Source of the DNA: Octopus sinensis
Taxonomy: Eukaryota
Assembly (NCBI RefSeq): GCF_006345805.1
Contig: NW_021834263.1
Span: 1-49,729 of the forward strand
DNA length: 49,729 nt
Direction of reading: 5' to 3'
The notes under the pieces are model-generated. The model was not told the DNA's origin, made no database searches, and was given only the letters and a program-made list of their open reading frames with translations. Both the position numbers and the translations under genes were made by a program. Shown here piece by piece: positions 23,042 to 36,179 of this stretch. Each line of letters opens with the position of its first letter. Position 1 is the stretch's first letter.

Positions 23042-24920
23042 ATATATATATATATATTTATGAGCGAACCTAGGACAGTTTTCGAGAAGTGGGCTGCATC
23101 AGAGTTGGATCATCATTATGTAGACTGCACTACTAAAATATTTCCAGTTAATTTTTCGTTATGCATACCATACAGAAACTCCCGCGGGTCGCAAGGTGGC
23201 TCTTAAGGGCCTCAAAATAGGCAAGAAAAGCAATGAAATCAAAAGTAATGCCCTAAATCCTTAAACTGAAATTTGTGCTTCAGGTACATAACATAAATAA
23301 AAGTTTATATTCAAACAATCATCCAAGTTTAACGTATCAATAAATTCTATCCGCACCAACCTATAAAATTCCAACACAATGTGAACAACCATATTCATTC
23401 GATATTGCTTCATACATTTAACTAGTTGCACAAACTAAAGAAAGTATTTATTGTGTTATTGACTTGTAATTTTGCTCAACGGATTATTTTCTCTGTATGT
23501 TAGGACCATTGAAAGACTTGCAATATTGAAATAAGCGTATTTCGTTTTCAATCATTAATGTAACTTATTAGCATAAAAACTGTTTCTGTTTTACCTTTTT
23601 CTAATAATGAAGTTTCTGATAGCCAAGTGAAAAGAAAAATGGCGCATATTAATTTCGTTAATCGACGCATTTGTGTATCTGCATGTATGTGTGTGTATGT
23701 GTGAGTGTACACGATTGTGTATATGTATGTATACATGTATATATGTATATATACATATATGTACACATATATAAAGATATATAGATATATAGATATACAT
23801 ATATCTTATACATATATATATATATATGTATATACGCTTATATATGAAATTCGAAGCAAAACAAACGATCAGCATTAGTCTATGCTTTTCTCAAATCCTC
23901 ATCCTCCCACCTCCCCCATCATATCACATCCTATCTTATCTTATCCTATCTTATTGCTCTCCTTTCCGCTGGACTCATTTGACCCACAAACCACCGCCAT
24001 AAAAATACATCAACAGCCGCCACCACCATCACCTACAACACCACAGCACGTCTCATATTCACCGCTACCGCCGCCTCCATCACCACCACTGCCACCACCA
24101 CCACCACTGCTATTGCCATCGTAATCAACCATTCTAAGCATTATCTCACCCACTCAATAAAAACTTCCGACCCAGTACCTAAATCCCTTCCTTATAGTCT
24201 TAAATCTCCTACTCCAGCAGTAAATCCCTAATTCCAGCCATTTCCAATCTGAAATATCAATGTCCGCCTCCCCCTTTTAGTGGAATTGAATATTTCGGCA
24301 AATTCTTGTTGTTTGTTTACCAAATTTATCAGTCTCTTTCCATTAGTAATCAATTTTTACAAGACATCAAACCGTTCTCCCTTTGACAGAAACTGTCCGA
24401 TGTATCTTGTTCAATTTTTATACATCATCGTTTATTTCGCTGGCACTGCACCTGTCTGTTGATGCGTGCAGCAGCAGCTCTGTGTGTGTATGCGCGTGTG
24501 TGTGCGTGCGTGTGTGCGTGCGTGTGTGTGTGCGTGTGCGTTTGTGTGTGTATGTGTGTGTGTGTGTGTGTGTATGCATTTGTATGTCTAAGTGTCTATG
24601 GAACTGTTGAAGTGTTTTTTTTAAGTGCGCTGGTGTGGCTATGTAACGAGTCGGAGTTGTTGTATGTGTGGGTGTAGGGACATAAAGGTGGGTGTGAGGT
24701 ACGTATGTCTCTTGCTGCCTTCATGTGCGGACATATATGTGTATGAGTGTATGTGAGCGAACGCGCGCGTATGTGTGTAGCTATGTAATTGGCATGGAAT
24801 GTGTATTTTTTTTATTGAGTCTCGTGTTGAAATTTCTCCCAGTTTAAAAATCTCAGATCTGCGATGTTTGTACACAGCAGCAGCACCAACAACAACATCA
24901 ATAACAACAACACAAACACC

Positions 24921-26810
24921 ATCAAGGATGTTCTTGCTTGTTCCCAAGCCCAAAGTTCCTTCCATGATATTCTGCGGCTGATCACATATTCCTCCCATCT
25001 CAGGCACTGTCCCTGTTGACTACATTGCACCAAATGTACATTTCGCCTTTCTTCTTCCTCCTTTCTCACTTCGTATACCACTGCTTCTTTCGTCTCTTTT
25101 ATATTGCTCTTGCAAAATAGCCTGAAATTGTGCGACCCTAGGCCGGCTCATGCTTCTTGCGCCGCTCCGACTATATCTGTGTGCCTTAGTTTTCCGATCG
25201 CCCTGTTTACTGCCTCTTCCGCCTTCCATTTCCTCCCTGTTCGTACCTTTGAAGGGTTTTCCCGGATGCTCTGATCTTTTCAATACTTCAGCATCATTAC
25301 TGTCCTTGCCTTTCCTGCCTTACATTCTTCGGCGATTGATGTTATCAGTAGTTGCAGCACGGGTTTTCCATATAGTGCAGTTGTATTCAGTGGTTTCAGC
25401 AGACCAAGCCATTTTCTGATAAATACACTGCATCTTTGTTCCATCCTTTCTATTCTACTCGAGGCTATTTCGTACATTTGCAATGGCCACATTATCCTTG
25501 GGTACAGCCCAAATTGCAGTATCCAACATTTGAATTTTCCCGGCAGCGTTGTTCTGTCAATTGCCTTTAATCCTTGTTCTACTAACTCGTGTGTTTCTTT
25601 CCCTTACTTCTTATCATTTGATAAATCCCTATACCATCTCCCGAGACTCTTTACTGGTTGTTCTTTCACCGTTGGTATGTCTTCACCTCCTATCCTGAAT
25701 TTCACTTCTTTTTGCATTCCTTTCACGAAAGCCACGCTTCGAGATTTTTTGGCTTTGAATTTCAGCCTTGCCCATCCTATCAGTTCGTCCAACCGCTGCT
25801 TCTCTGCTTTCCGATAATACAGTTACATCGTCCATAAAGGCCCTTAATGGTGTCTTTGTAACAGCTTTCTCACAGTTTGTAGATCTAAGTAACATTTCCA
25901 TGACTAGCACGAATAAGATGACTGATATCGTGCATCCGGCTGCAATACCTATTTCAAACCGTTGTGAACTTTCCTGCTGTAAATCTCATCCTCAGGTTGT
26001 CGTAGTAGAACATGAGCATTCGTTGAACATCCATAAGCATTGGCAAGATCTAGCCAAACAATATACAGGTTTTTCTTCAGTTGTTAAGAAGTGCAAGGTG
26101 GCAAATGCGTGTTCTATGCACCCATGGATTCCGGGGATTCCTGCTTTTTGGATTGCTTCATTAACGTACCCGTTATGCTGTACGAATCTTATGATTCGTC
26201 TAGCAATAATTCCAAACATGATTTTCCCGTCAGAAATTGGTCTAAATTGTCCTAGTGTTTCTGCATCTTTCTCTTTAGGTAGATAGATACCTTCAGCTAT
26301 ACACCATCGCTCCGCTACAACTTTCTTCTTCCACATTTCTCTTATCAGTGCAAACAGCTGCAAACGTAATTTCGGGCAATATTTGTATACCTTGTAGCTC
26401 ACTCCATCGTTCCCGGGTGAACTTTTTGCTCTTGCTTTTCTGATGAACTCATCCATTTCTTTCCGTTTTATGTCACTCAAATCAAATGGTTCCCTTGGTT
26501 CAGGTGGTTTCTTCAGTCCGTGCATTTCTGAGAGTACTTTATTTCTCTCAGAGTCATTGCATGTCTCTTTCAGATGTTGTTCGAGCTCTTCTTTCGTGCA
26601 ATCCAATTTTCCGCTTTTACTTTCAGTAAATAAATGTTTCGCATATTGATTGTCCATTTCCGGTTCAAGTCCATTTCGTTTTTTTCCGTTCCTATTTGAT
26701 CCTTTCTTCTCCCCTCGTGGTCCGGGATCATGGGGGCATGATTTCCCATGCTTTTTCGTTGCAATTTTACCCCGGATCGGGCTGCAAGCCCGTTTGATCC
26801 TTGGTGATAC
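24921..26810 (-). mobile_element. HERO-like (early-branching, REL-type) non-LTR retrotransposon RT fragment
   Basis: Translations KARAKSSPGNDGVSYKVYKYCP, QKAGIPGIHGCIEH, VWLDLANAYG, GIAAGCTISVILF, RAFMDDVTV, WARLKFKAKKSRS, PVKSLGRWY, LPGKFKCWI, VRTGRKWKAEEAV, RRISWKELWAWE follow the HERO-type RT/thumb order; frameshifts and stops present. Confidence 0.85.
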
Positions 26811-27419
26811 AGTGATACAGATTTTTTTTTTAGATGAGTGAAACAAAAGAATATGACCACTTTAATAAACCATAGAAGGCGTTTCCATAATGCAGAGAAT
26901 CATTAAATAATTAACGCATCAAACCAATTAAACTAAATAATTTAACTCGCCAATCCATTAAACCGCTACATCCATTAAAGCATATATGTCAAGAAATCAT
27001 TGAGTTAAACCAAAAAGCAAATAAAATAGTAAATTAATAAAATTGCAAATCAAACCACCAAACCACCAAACCATCTAGCCATCAAACTATCAATCCACCA
27101 AATCATTAAACCATCAAACAATTAAACCATCCATCCAACAGTCAATCAAGCCAAGAAACCATCAAATTCTCCTGCCAACAAACTATCAGACTGCCAGGAC
27201 CTCTATGTGGTAACCCGACCTGCTGTGAGCAACTACCAAAATCCCACCAAATTCCATGCTGCTGCTTTAAAAGGCCAAATTCTACATATTACTCAAAAGA
27301 AAAGGTATTCATGATTGGAATCCCGTCCTTTAATATGAAGGCTCAATCAGGGTGGCCATGGCACAGAGAAGAGAGGAGGGGTTAAATTACAGCAAAAAAA
27401 TCCACATTAGATTTTTGTT

Positions 27420-27950
27420 CCTTTACAAGGGACAATACTCTCTTAAATAGGAAGTTGCTCCCTTTTATGGAAGGGTGTTCTCTTTAATAGTACGATACTC
27501 CCTTATGTGGGGCGGTACTCCCTTTTATGGAATCGTGATCCCTAAAATGGAATAGTGCTCCCTTAAATGGACGGTGTTCCCTTTTATGGGACAGTATTCC
27601 TTATATAGAACAATACTCCCTAATATGAGACAGTGTTTCTTAATATGATACGGTGTTCCGTGAAATGGGGCAGTGTTCCTTTAAATGGGATGGTATTCCT
27701 TTCTGTGGACTGTGCTCCCTTATATGAGACGGAACTCCCTTATTTGACCCAATGCTTCCTTTTATGAACGGTAATCCCTTACATGGTATGTACGATGCCC
27801 CTTTTATGGAATGGCGTCCTCTTATATTGAACAGTGCTCCCTTTTTTATGGGACAGTGTTCCTTTATATAGGACTGAGATCCCTCTTATGGAATGCTAGC
27901 CCCTTATATGAAATGCTGACCCCTTATATGGGACGATACTCTCTTACATT
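27420..27950. repeat. Degenerate ~20-bp minisatellite, consensus ~CAGTGCTCCCTTATATGGGA, ~26 units
   Basis: CC-(A/T)6-GG-like cores recur at 27461, 27501, 27522, 27541, 27561, 27580 and onward. Confidence 0.9.
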
Positions 27951-27971
27951 AGACATACAACAAAAGATACT

Positions 27972-28162
27972 GGGCGAGCTGGTAGAATCGTTAGCACGTC
28001 GAGAAAAACGCTTAGTGGTATTTTGTCTTTGTGCTCCGAGTTCAAATTCCATTGAGGTTGACTTTGCCTTCCGGGGAAGATAAAATAAGTACCAGCTGAT
28101 ATGATCGGCTTACCTTCTCCCCCGAACTTGCTGGCCTTGTGCCAAAACCTGAAACCAATATC
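27972..28162 (+). mobile_element. tRNA-SINE family K
   Basis: GGCGAGCTGGTAGAATCGTTAGCACG...GAGTTCAAATTCC...GACTTTGCCTT...AAGTACCAG...GGCCTTGTGCCAAAA. Confidence 0.85.
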
Positions 28163-28512
28163 TATACCAACAACAATAACAAAAACAAAGCGAAAAATAA
28201 CAATAACTAGCTCACAAAATGCTGTTTCTTGTTTCTGCTACTTACTGCAGGAAGCCTCAGCTTTTCTGAACAAACAATCTCCTCTCTTTTTCGTTCTCCC
28301 TGTCTTTCTCCGCTTTTCTCTGCCTCTATTTCTTTCTATCTCTTCCACTCTCTTTTTCTTTCTCCTCACTTTCTATCTCTCTTTCTCAATTTTTCTCTCT
28401 CTCCACTCAGGCAATCCAAACCACAGCGGGGACCTGCAATGAAATTGCTCGATCTGTTAAAAATAATAGACAAACCTCTCGCAAATCATATCACTCCGCC
28501 TTTAAAAACTAT

Positions 28513-28873
28513 GGAGAGCGTAGTTGTATGGTAACAAGCTCGCTTCCTAACCACATGGTTCCAGTTTCACTCTCACTGAGTGGGGCCTTGGGCAAGTGCT
28601 TCAGGCTGACCAAAGCCTTGTCAGTGACTAGAAGGTAACTGAAAGGAGCCCATCGTGTGTGTGTGTGTGTGTCTTTGTATCTGTGTTTATCCCCCACCAC
28701 CGCTTGACAACCGGTGTTGATGGGTTTACGCTTCCGTAACTTAGTGGTTCGGCAAAAGAACTCGATAAAATAAGTACCAGACTTTACAAACTATAATAAG
28801 TACTGGGGTCGATTCGTTCGACTAAAAATTGTTCAAGGCGGTGCCTCAGCATGGCTGTAACAAAAGATAAAAG
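28513..28873 (+). mobile_element. tRNA-SINE family A, full length, degenerate
   Basis: Head, core, internal (GT)n and tail all recognisable. Confidence 0.85.
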
Positions 28874-30249
28874 ATTGGATATTGTCTTGGTCACTTTAGT
28901 CACCTCGATCCGGATTGAACTGCGGCTAAATGGCAATAACTCAATTCGACCGATACAGCTGACTTTCGCTTTCTTGTCATTTCTAGTTTCTCTCATCTCC
29001 ATGACACTGCACTAAACATACGCTGACTGAATCGTTCTTCCATAGAAAATAAGAAGTTCCCTCTGGAATACGCCGCCAGACTAGGGCCATCTTAACAGTA
29101 TTATAGACCCTCAATCTGGTCAGAGAAATGCAGTGGTGACCCTACATGCACAACACAGCATACATTGGTTAACATTGTGCCTCTTGATCCCAAGGGCCTT
29201 CCAGCAACTACCCACTATGGTCATGCCTTAAAACGGTTCTGCGCCAGATCTACCTTTTTTTTTACCTTACACGTACAGATCGATATGATTTCTATTCAAA
29301 TTGAATAGTAATCGTATCGATCTCACTTCAATGATACAACATGGTGGAGAGAGAGGGGGAGAGAGAGAGAGGGGGGAAGAGAGAGGTCCGACGAAGGTTA
29401 TGGACGCTGTCCTTTCCTCATTTGTTTTGTTTTCCTAACGTCATCATCCTGCTACCAATAAATAAATCAATCACAACTGATGTACACGTTAACCAACCAG
29501 ATGTTAGATATACTTCAGATAAAACCAAGCCCTTTCCTTTCATCTTCTATTACTACTCAGCCGCCAAATACTTCTACTACCACCGCCATATAAACTACCA
29601 CCACCAACAACACCGACAACACCAACATTTCCCACCAAAGCTTCACACCCCCACACCCCCACACACCACTCCACCCCACTCCACCGCCATCGCCTCGACC
29701 ACAAGCACCACCCAAACCCCCACCACTATCACCCCGCCCCTTCTACCATTACATTCACCTTCTCCACCATCATCGCTACCCTCCGATGCCTCCGACGCCA
29801 GCTCCACCACCATCATCGCTACCACTATTATTAAAACCCCTCAACCACCGTCACCACAGCCCACCCATCCCATCGCATCCTCCACGGTCTTTTTGATGTT
29901 TGAGCCGGTACCAAATATGGTAAGTAGTTACGAGGAATCAATAAAAGAGAATCCAGCTGCCATAGAACCTTTTGTTGATTTTCAAATTGTTTCTTCCTTT
30001 TTTTTTTTTAAAGTTTTCTATTTAAAATTTTTTTAAATTTTTTATGTCTTATTTCTCATTCTCGACTTCAGATAAAGCAGTGAGCGCAGGATCGATATCA
30101 TTCTGGAATCACAGCACAGCCATGCTCTGTTACCTGGATTGAAAAGCAGACAGCAAGAACGGTGAAACGATGTAGGAATAATAATATATTAGTACTTAGC
30201 GTTTAGTTTCGTTTTTTTGTTTTAAGGTGGATTTAAAGGCGGGATGACT

Positions 30250-30277
30250 GGCAGTGGCGGAGGTGGCGGCGGTAGCG

Positions 30278-30360
<83 letters not shown>

Positions 30361-30600
30361 GGTGGTGGTGGTGGTGGTGGTGGTGGTGGTGGTAGTAGTA
30401 GTGGTAGTGGTGGTGGTGGTAGTGGTGGTGGTGGTAGTGGTGGTGGTGGTGGTAGTAGTAGTAATGGTGGTGGTGGTGGTGGTGGTGGTGGTGGTGGTGG
30501 TGGTGGTGGTGGTGGTAGTAGTAGTAGTAATAGTAGTAGTAATAGTAGTAGTAGTAGTATCAGTAGAACAACAACAGCAACAGCAACGACGACGACGTCA
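30250..30600. repeat. Compound trinucleotide repeat (CAG/TAG/TGG)n
   Basis: Directly visible. Confidence 0.95.
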
Positions 30601-31024
30601 ATAGCAGAATCAAATAACAAAGTCTAATGCTCTTCCGACAGGACTCATAGCTCCGTCGGGAGCTCAAAAGGAAGGCTTCTAGCACACCAAGGAATGAATA
30701 AGATAGGATGGTGACAATGGGGGGGGGGGCATATTTGATAGTAGATCTGCTGCATCAGCAATGGTGATAGCAATTATAATAAACCAGTAAAAAGAAATTC
30801 AGATACTGATATGATACAACCAGCAATAAAAAGGAACTTTTATCTTCCTCAGCCCCAAGAACAACAACATGAAGTCCTCGATACTTTCTGGAAAATCTAC
30901 GTCCATCACTGGTAGTCAGCGATGGTGTGGTTTTAGTATGCACGATGATTTTACAAGTGGTTTTTGGCGCCTATATAGTCCTAAGTAGCCGTGAGCAGAC
31001 ACAGGCACACACTTGGCCCTCCAC

Positions 31025-31607
31025 AATTAATGAAGCAGAATATTTGGGACATGCCAACTTCGAAGAACGATTATTTAGGATTTATTGTGGCGAGTGTAGA
31101 TTGGATAGAGCAAAGATGGTAGGTGGGTAGACCGGAAGGTGTAATCGAGGAAAAAGTAAAGGTAATGTAGAATGTAAAACTCCAAGGTGATCAAAAAATA
31201 AAACATCGGTAGCCGGATGTAGTGGTTGCGAAAAGTGTGGGAAAAACTGTTGAATCATAGTTATTGCATACCCTGCTAACGACAAAGAATCAGAACAAGA
31301 AGAAGAGATGAAGGTTAGAAATGATGATTTGAGGTGGGTAAATAAAACAATTGTAGTCTTCGAAGGAGGTGCGCGTTGTACATGTTTGTCGTTGGAGCAT
31401 TGAGAGCCATAAGTACCAAGCTTACACACTGGGTTGAAAAGATAGATATGACTATAGAGTATCTTCAGAAAACGGTGTTGCTTGGAACTACACGGAACCA
31501 ATGCAGACCTCTGAAAATCTGAACGAATTGTGTTACCTTAGAAACTGGGAAATGTAACCACTGACGCAGTTACATTTCCCAGCGATGTTGCTAAATTAAG
31601 ATAATAA
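31025..31607 (+). mobile_element. R4/Dong-like non-LTR retrotransposon 3' end (REL endonuclease relic)
   Basis: EYLGHAN...CGECRLDRAK...PEGVIEEKVKVM*NVKLQGDQKIKHR*PDVVV...GAL.AISTKLTHWVEKI..IEYLQKTVLLGTTR; 3' hairpin and short TAA tail. Confidence 0.8.
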
Positions 31608-31611
31608 TTCC

Positions 31612-31800
31612 TTAAAATTTTGGCACAAGCCCGGCAATTTTCGAGGTGGTAAAGGTAATTGATACCATCGATCCCAATACATGATTGGAAGTTAAGTTGA
31701 TCGACCCCGAAAAATTGAAAGGCAAAGGCAACCTTAGTGAAATTTGAACTTAGAACAAATATTGCAAAGCAGTTTTGTCCGCCGTTCTTACATTTCTGCC
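31612..31800 (-). mobile_element. tRNA-SINE family K
   Basis: Reverse complement of family K (TTTGCCTTTCA...CGGGGTCGATC...TTGTGCCAAAATTT). Confidence 0.7.
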
Positions 31801-32246
31801 TCTACTAATAGCAATCAAGTAAGAGGACGCGAATATAAAGATAATTTGGTATTATAGTTTAATTTCGGGTTTTAATATTTAAACAATAAAAATATGCAAG
31901 ACTTTTCTCAATGTTTAAAATGTGACATTGTTTTGTCATCTACATTCCAATGATGGAGCTTTGTATCTTGGTTAGAAACCTGTTCCTTCCTCAGAGGAAG
32001 AATTTAAATAATTAAAAACAAGATAATATGCATACATACATACACACATACATACATACATACATACATACATACATACATACATAAATACATACATACA
32101 TACATACATACATACATAAATACATACATACATACATACATAACATACATAATACATACATACATAACATACATACATACATTACATACATACATACATA
32201 CATACATAAATACATACATACATACATACATACATACATAAATACA

Positions 32247-32277
<31 letters not shown>

Positions 32278-32314
32278 GTATGCATGCATGTATGTATGTA
32301 TGTATGTATGTATG

Positions 32315-32370
<56 letters not shown>

Positions 32371-32785
32371 GTGAAATAGAAAGATGAATAACCTTGTAGC
32401 AGATTAATCAAAAGTTTAACCGATACCTTGGTAGCAAAAATCACAGCAGAAGACAAAATGTTTTCTACCCCTTGACGGAGGTCTTGCCAACCTGCGCCAG
32501 CACACATATATAGAACAGTAAACACACACATGTCTCTAAGTAGATTTTTTCTCGCCCCTTATAAAACATCCAATATTCCTTAAATAGTCAGAACTTGATT
32601 CTCGGTCACAAAGAACATCTACACACCCTCACGCACAGGAATGACCGCTGCCTGACCCGTTAAAATCTTCAACCACCGGTTCTCAACATACACTGATAAA
32701 CAGTTTTGCCATGGGCTCTTAGGAGCCTAGTTCGATTTGTTTTGCTCCGCCTCTGTTCTGTTTTTGTTTTTTCCAACGGATTTCC

Positions 32786-32878
32786 TATTTCTTCCTGAAG
32801 AGAAAGACACAATATGGTCTCATTATTCAATCGGATTTTGGTAAATTGTGCCTTTCGAAACACGTGTAGAATGAAATA
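32786..32878 (+). ncRNA. Type-I hammerhead ribozyme with canonical core (Penelope-type)
   Basis: TATTTCTTC-CTGAAGA-GAAAGACACAAT-(31-nt loop)-ATTGTGCCTTTC-GAAA-CACGTG-TA-GAATGAAATA: G10.1-C11.1, stem II 11/12 bp, palindromic stem III ACACGTGT, GUA site after 32868, stem I 9 bp with one bulge. Confidence 0.8.
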
Positions 32879-32924
32879 AAACGATTTCTGTTCAATCTTC
32901 GTTCAGCTCCATTTCTTCAATTCA

Positions 32925-33005
<81 letters not shown>

Positions 33006-33014
33006 ACATACATA

Positions 33015-33060
<46 letters not shown>

Positions 33061-33516
33061 TAAAGCACATCATTATCAAAAGAAAGTGCATAAGCGCATG
33101 AATATAGGTAAATATGTGTGTGCATGTGTGTGTTTGTATATGTGTGTACAACGCTACATTTTAACATACACCACACGTGTGTGACAATAGTATATCCGAT
33201 GACATCGAACAGTTACACTTTAGCGGTCAATTTCTGACAGGGAAATCTGTAAAAAGATAAACCGTTCACTATAAAAGGGTTTAAACAATTGCACATCCCG
33301 AAGATGAGACTGAGATAGTCCGGAAACTCCAATAAATATGATTTGAGGGTGTTTATTCAAAACGTTAATTAAGCAAAATAAAATTAAATTAGAGCACAGT
33401 CGCAGTTTTAACACATTTTTAAAGGAAAACTATTGTCTCTATATACGTATGTACATACAAGCACACACATACACAGTATGCATTCTATTCCTCCATTTGT
33501 GTGTGCATGCGTGAGC

Positions 33517-33547
<31 letters not shown>

Positions 33548-33592
33548 TGTGTATATATATATATATACTATATATATATATATATATATATA

Positions 33593-33641
<49 letters not shown>

Positions 33642-33909
33642 GTATATGTATATAAACTAATATTTATAATTGCATTGATATTTTTATCTATATTTTATCT
33701 ATATTTATATTCATATATTTATATATACTTACACACACATACATAAATACGAACACACCTACATACATACATGCATATATACATCTGTGTGTGTGTGTAT
33801 CAAATTAAAACTGCCCTGTTAATGCACGAGCGAGGAATTTAGATGATTTCGCGTTGCATGTTTTTAATTGCACCACACTGCTTCGGTTCAACCTTTCCCA
33901 TTCTCTCCA

Positions 33910-33988
<79 letters not shown>

Positions 33989-34540
33989 CATATGTGTGGA
34001 GGGGTGCATGTGAATATGTGTTCTATACAAACTACCTATGTCTACCTAACCTATCATAAGCCTACGTGACGGCCAAGCAGTACTTCACATTTCTCTCGCC
34101 AAATCGAGCACATTTTTCTTTGAGGCTGATGGAGCTCTCCCAAACTTGGCATATCTTCACTCGATGCACCAGTATCACCTGCCTTAACCCACATCATTCC
34201 CTTTCTTCGTCTTTCTTTTCTCCTTTGTGCTTTCTGCTTTTTTTTCTTCTCCTTTCTGTTCTATTCTTCTGAATTAAATTACATTATGCACACAAGTATG
34301 TGTACATATCTGTGTGTGTACGCGTGTGTGTGAATAGATGTAGGTTTGTATATGTATGTATATATGTATATGTATATATAAGCATATATATGTATGTATG
34401 ATTTTCATCTTACAAGGGACACTAAATGCACTCATACAAACAGTTTATAAAAACATATATACCGATGTACACACACATCCACACACGTCCGAATGTGAGT
34501 GTATGTATTGCTATATGTGTTTATATATGTGTGTGTGTGT

Positions 34541-34846
34541 GTGGAGGCACATGACCTAGTGTTTAGAGCAGCGGACTCGCGGTCGAAAGTTCGCGGGTTC
34601 GAATCTCAGACCGGGCGATGTGTGTGTTTATGAGCGAAACACCTAAGCTCCACGCGGCTCCGACAGAAAGCAATGGCGAGCTTCTAAGGACTCTTTCGCC
34701 ACAACTTTCACTTTTTTTTCCTGCATCTAGCAGCTCACCTGCGACGGACCGGCGTCCCGTCCAGGTGGGGAACCTATGCGCGAATGAAACCGGGAAACCG
34801 GCCTTAATGAGCCAGGCATGGCTCGAGAAGGAACAAACAACAACAA
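34541..34846 (+). mobile_element. tRNA(Arg-like)-SINE, head H1 + tail T2
   Basis: Head/body like 5614-5996 (GAGCGAAACACCTAAGCTCCAC); tail CCTGCGACGGACCGGCGTCCCGTCCAG...GAAACCGGGAAAC like 37935-38188; (CAA)n end. Confidence 0.88.
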
Positions 34847-35352
34847 TATATATATATATATTTATGCATACATATAGACAGACAGACAGACAGATAGATG
34901 CACTCCATCACGTGAAATTACTTCGTATTCCTCTGTTAATTAAAGCAAGTAGCTCTGTAATAACATCACTGAAGTTCTCTTTCCCATCCTTGTGCATCAT
35001 GTATCCACTTCGGCGTTGATGATTTCTTTAATATTTCTAGCAATCAGTCAATGGAATAGGAATGTCTTTTTGACCACAAACCTCGCCGTTAACTGTATGT
35101 CATTGTTATAATTGCTGTTGTTGTATAACCCAGAGTTTGCTCTGACCCATGGTCAAAGGCCTTCCAGCCATACTCCCGTCTTTTTATATAAGTACATCAT
35201 ACACTGCGACCTTTCTATTAGTTTATTGTGACTTGTGGGAGATTTGGCAGCTATGTCTAGCAAGGTCGTCCACAACATATAGGCTTCCCTGTTAACTGCA
35301 TGTCTATATTTATATAAGTATATATTTATACACGCGAATAGATTTTGTATGT

Positions 35353-35384
<32 letters not shown>

Positions 35385-35397
35385 GTGTCTGTAATGT

Positions 35398-35551
35398 GTG
35401 CATGGTTGTGTGGTAAGAAACTTGCTTCCCGACCTTAATGTTCCGGGCTCGGTCCCACTTCATGGCAATTTGGCTGCGTTCTTACTATACCCTCAGGCCG
35501 ATCAAAGTTTTGTGAGTTGATTTGGAAGACGGAAACTGAAATAAGCCCGTC
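35398..35551 (+). mobile_element. tRNA-SINE family A, 5' half
   Basis: TGGTTGTGTGGTAAGAAACTTGCTT...GGAAACTGAAATAAGCCCGTC. Confidence 0.8.
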
Positions 35552-35558
35552 ATATATA

Positions 35559-36020
35559 CAGTAGTAGGCAAAAGTATGTACACGGTTGCTTAATCTGAAC
35601 GGAATGCTCTTTTCATATCTCTATTTCTATTTGAGGATAAGAATTCTATGATGATTCTATGACCTTTTTATCTAATTCTTTCTATTATTAAATGATTATT
35701 CCTAATTTCAGATATTTATTCCATGGTTGGAAATTTGACCAATGATGAATGAAAGTGGATCATCAAGCAGTAGAGGAAAACAGAATGGTTAGACAGAAAT
35801 GCACTGAAGAATTTCAAAGACCAGCTTTGACAAGATTAACAGTTTACAGAATACAAGACAAATTTGAGCAGACTTTGTCCCTCTGCAATGCACAGAGGAG
35901 GAGTTGACCAGTCAGTGCTACCACTGAAGAAGATGAAACGTTGTGGCTCGAGCAATCACTCAAAGTTCCCAGAAATCAAAAAAGAGGGCTTCCAGTGAAT
36001 TGGGCATCTTTCGCAGATCT
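35559..36020 (+). mobile_element. Tc1/rosa-like transposon 5' fragment
   Basis: TA + TIR CAGTAGTAGGCAAAAGTATGTACAC; translation KWIIKQ...LTRLTVYRIQDKFEQT...PVSATTEEDE resembles the N-terminal HTH region. Confidence 0.65.
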
Positions 36021-36128
36021 CTTAGTCGACTTATAAATCTCATAAGTTTAAGAAAAGAAACAGATAAATGAAAAGAACATTCCTCTCATATTAAGCAACT
36101 GAATACCTAGTTTTGCTCACCCTAGTAT

Positions 36129-36169
<41 letters not shown>

Positions 36170-36179
36170 CGTGTGTGTG

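Noticed and set aside
29341-30036. 231-aa Pro/Thr/His-rich ORF
   Set aside because: Arises from ACC-rich low-complexity DNA between GA and T tracts; no domain or splice support.
30244-30627. Gly/Ser-rich ORF resembling a structural protein
   Set aside because: Pure trinucleotide repeats with several frames open on both strands; no unique coding flanks.
33290-33335. CCGAAGATGAGACTGAGATAGTCCGGAAAC as a hammerhead
   Set aside because: The core is mismatched and no stem I or III is identifiable.
35920-35946. CTGAAGA-AGAT-GAAACGTT as a hammerhead
   Set aside because: No stem II, and it lies in frame within the Tc1/rosa-like coding relic (TTEEDET).
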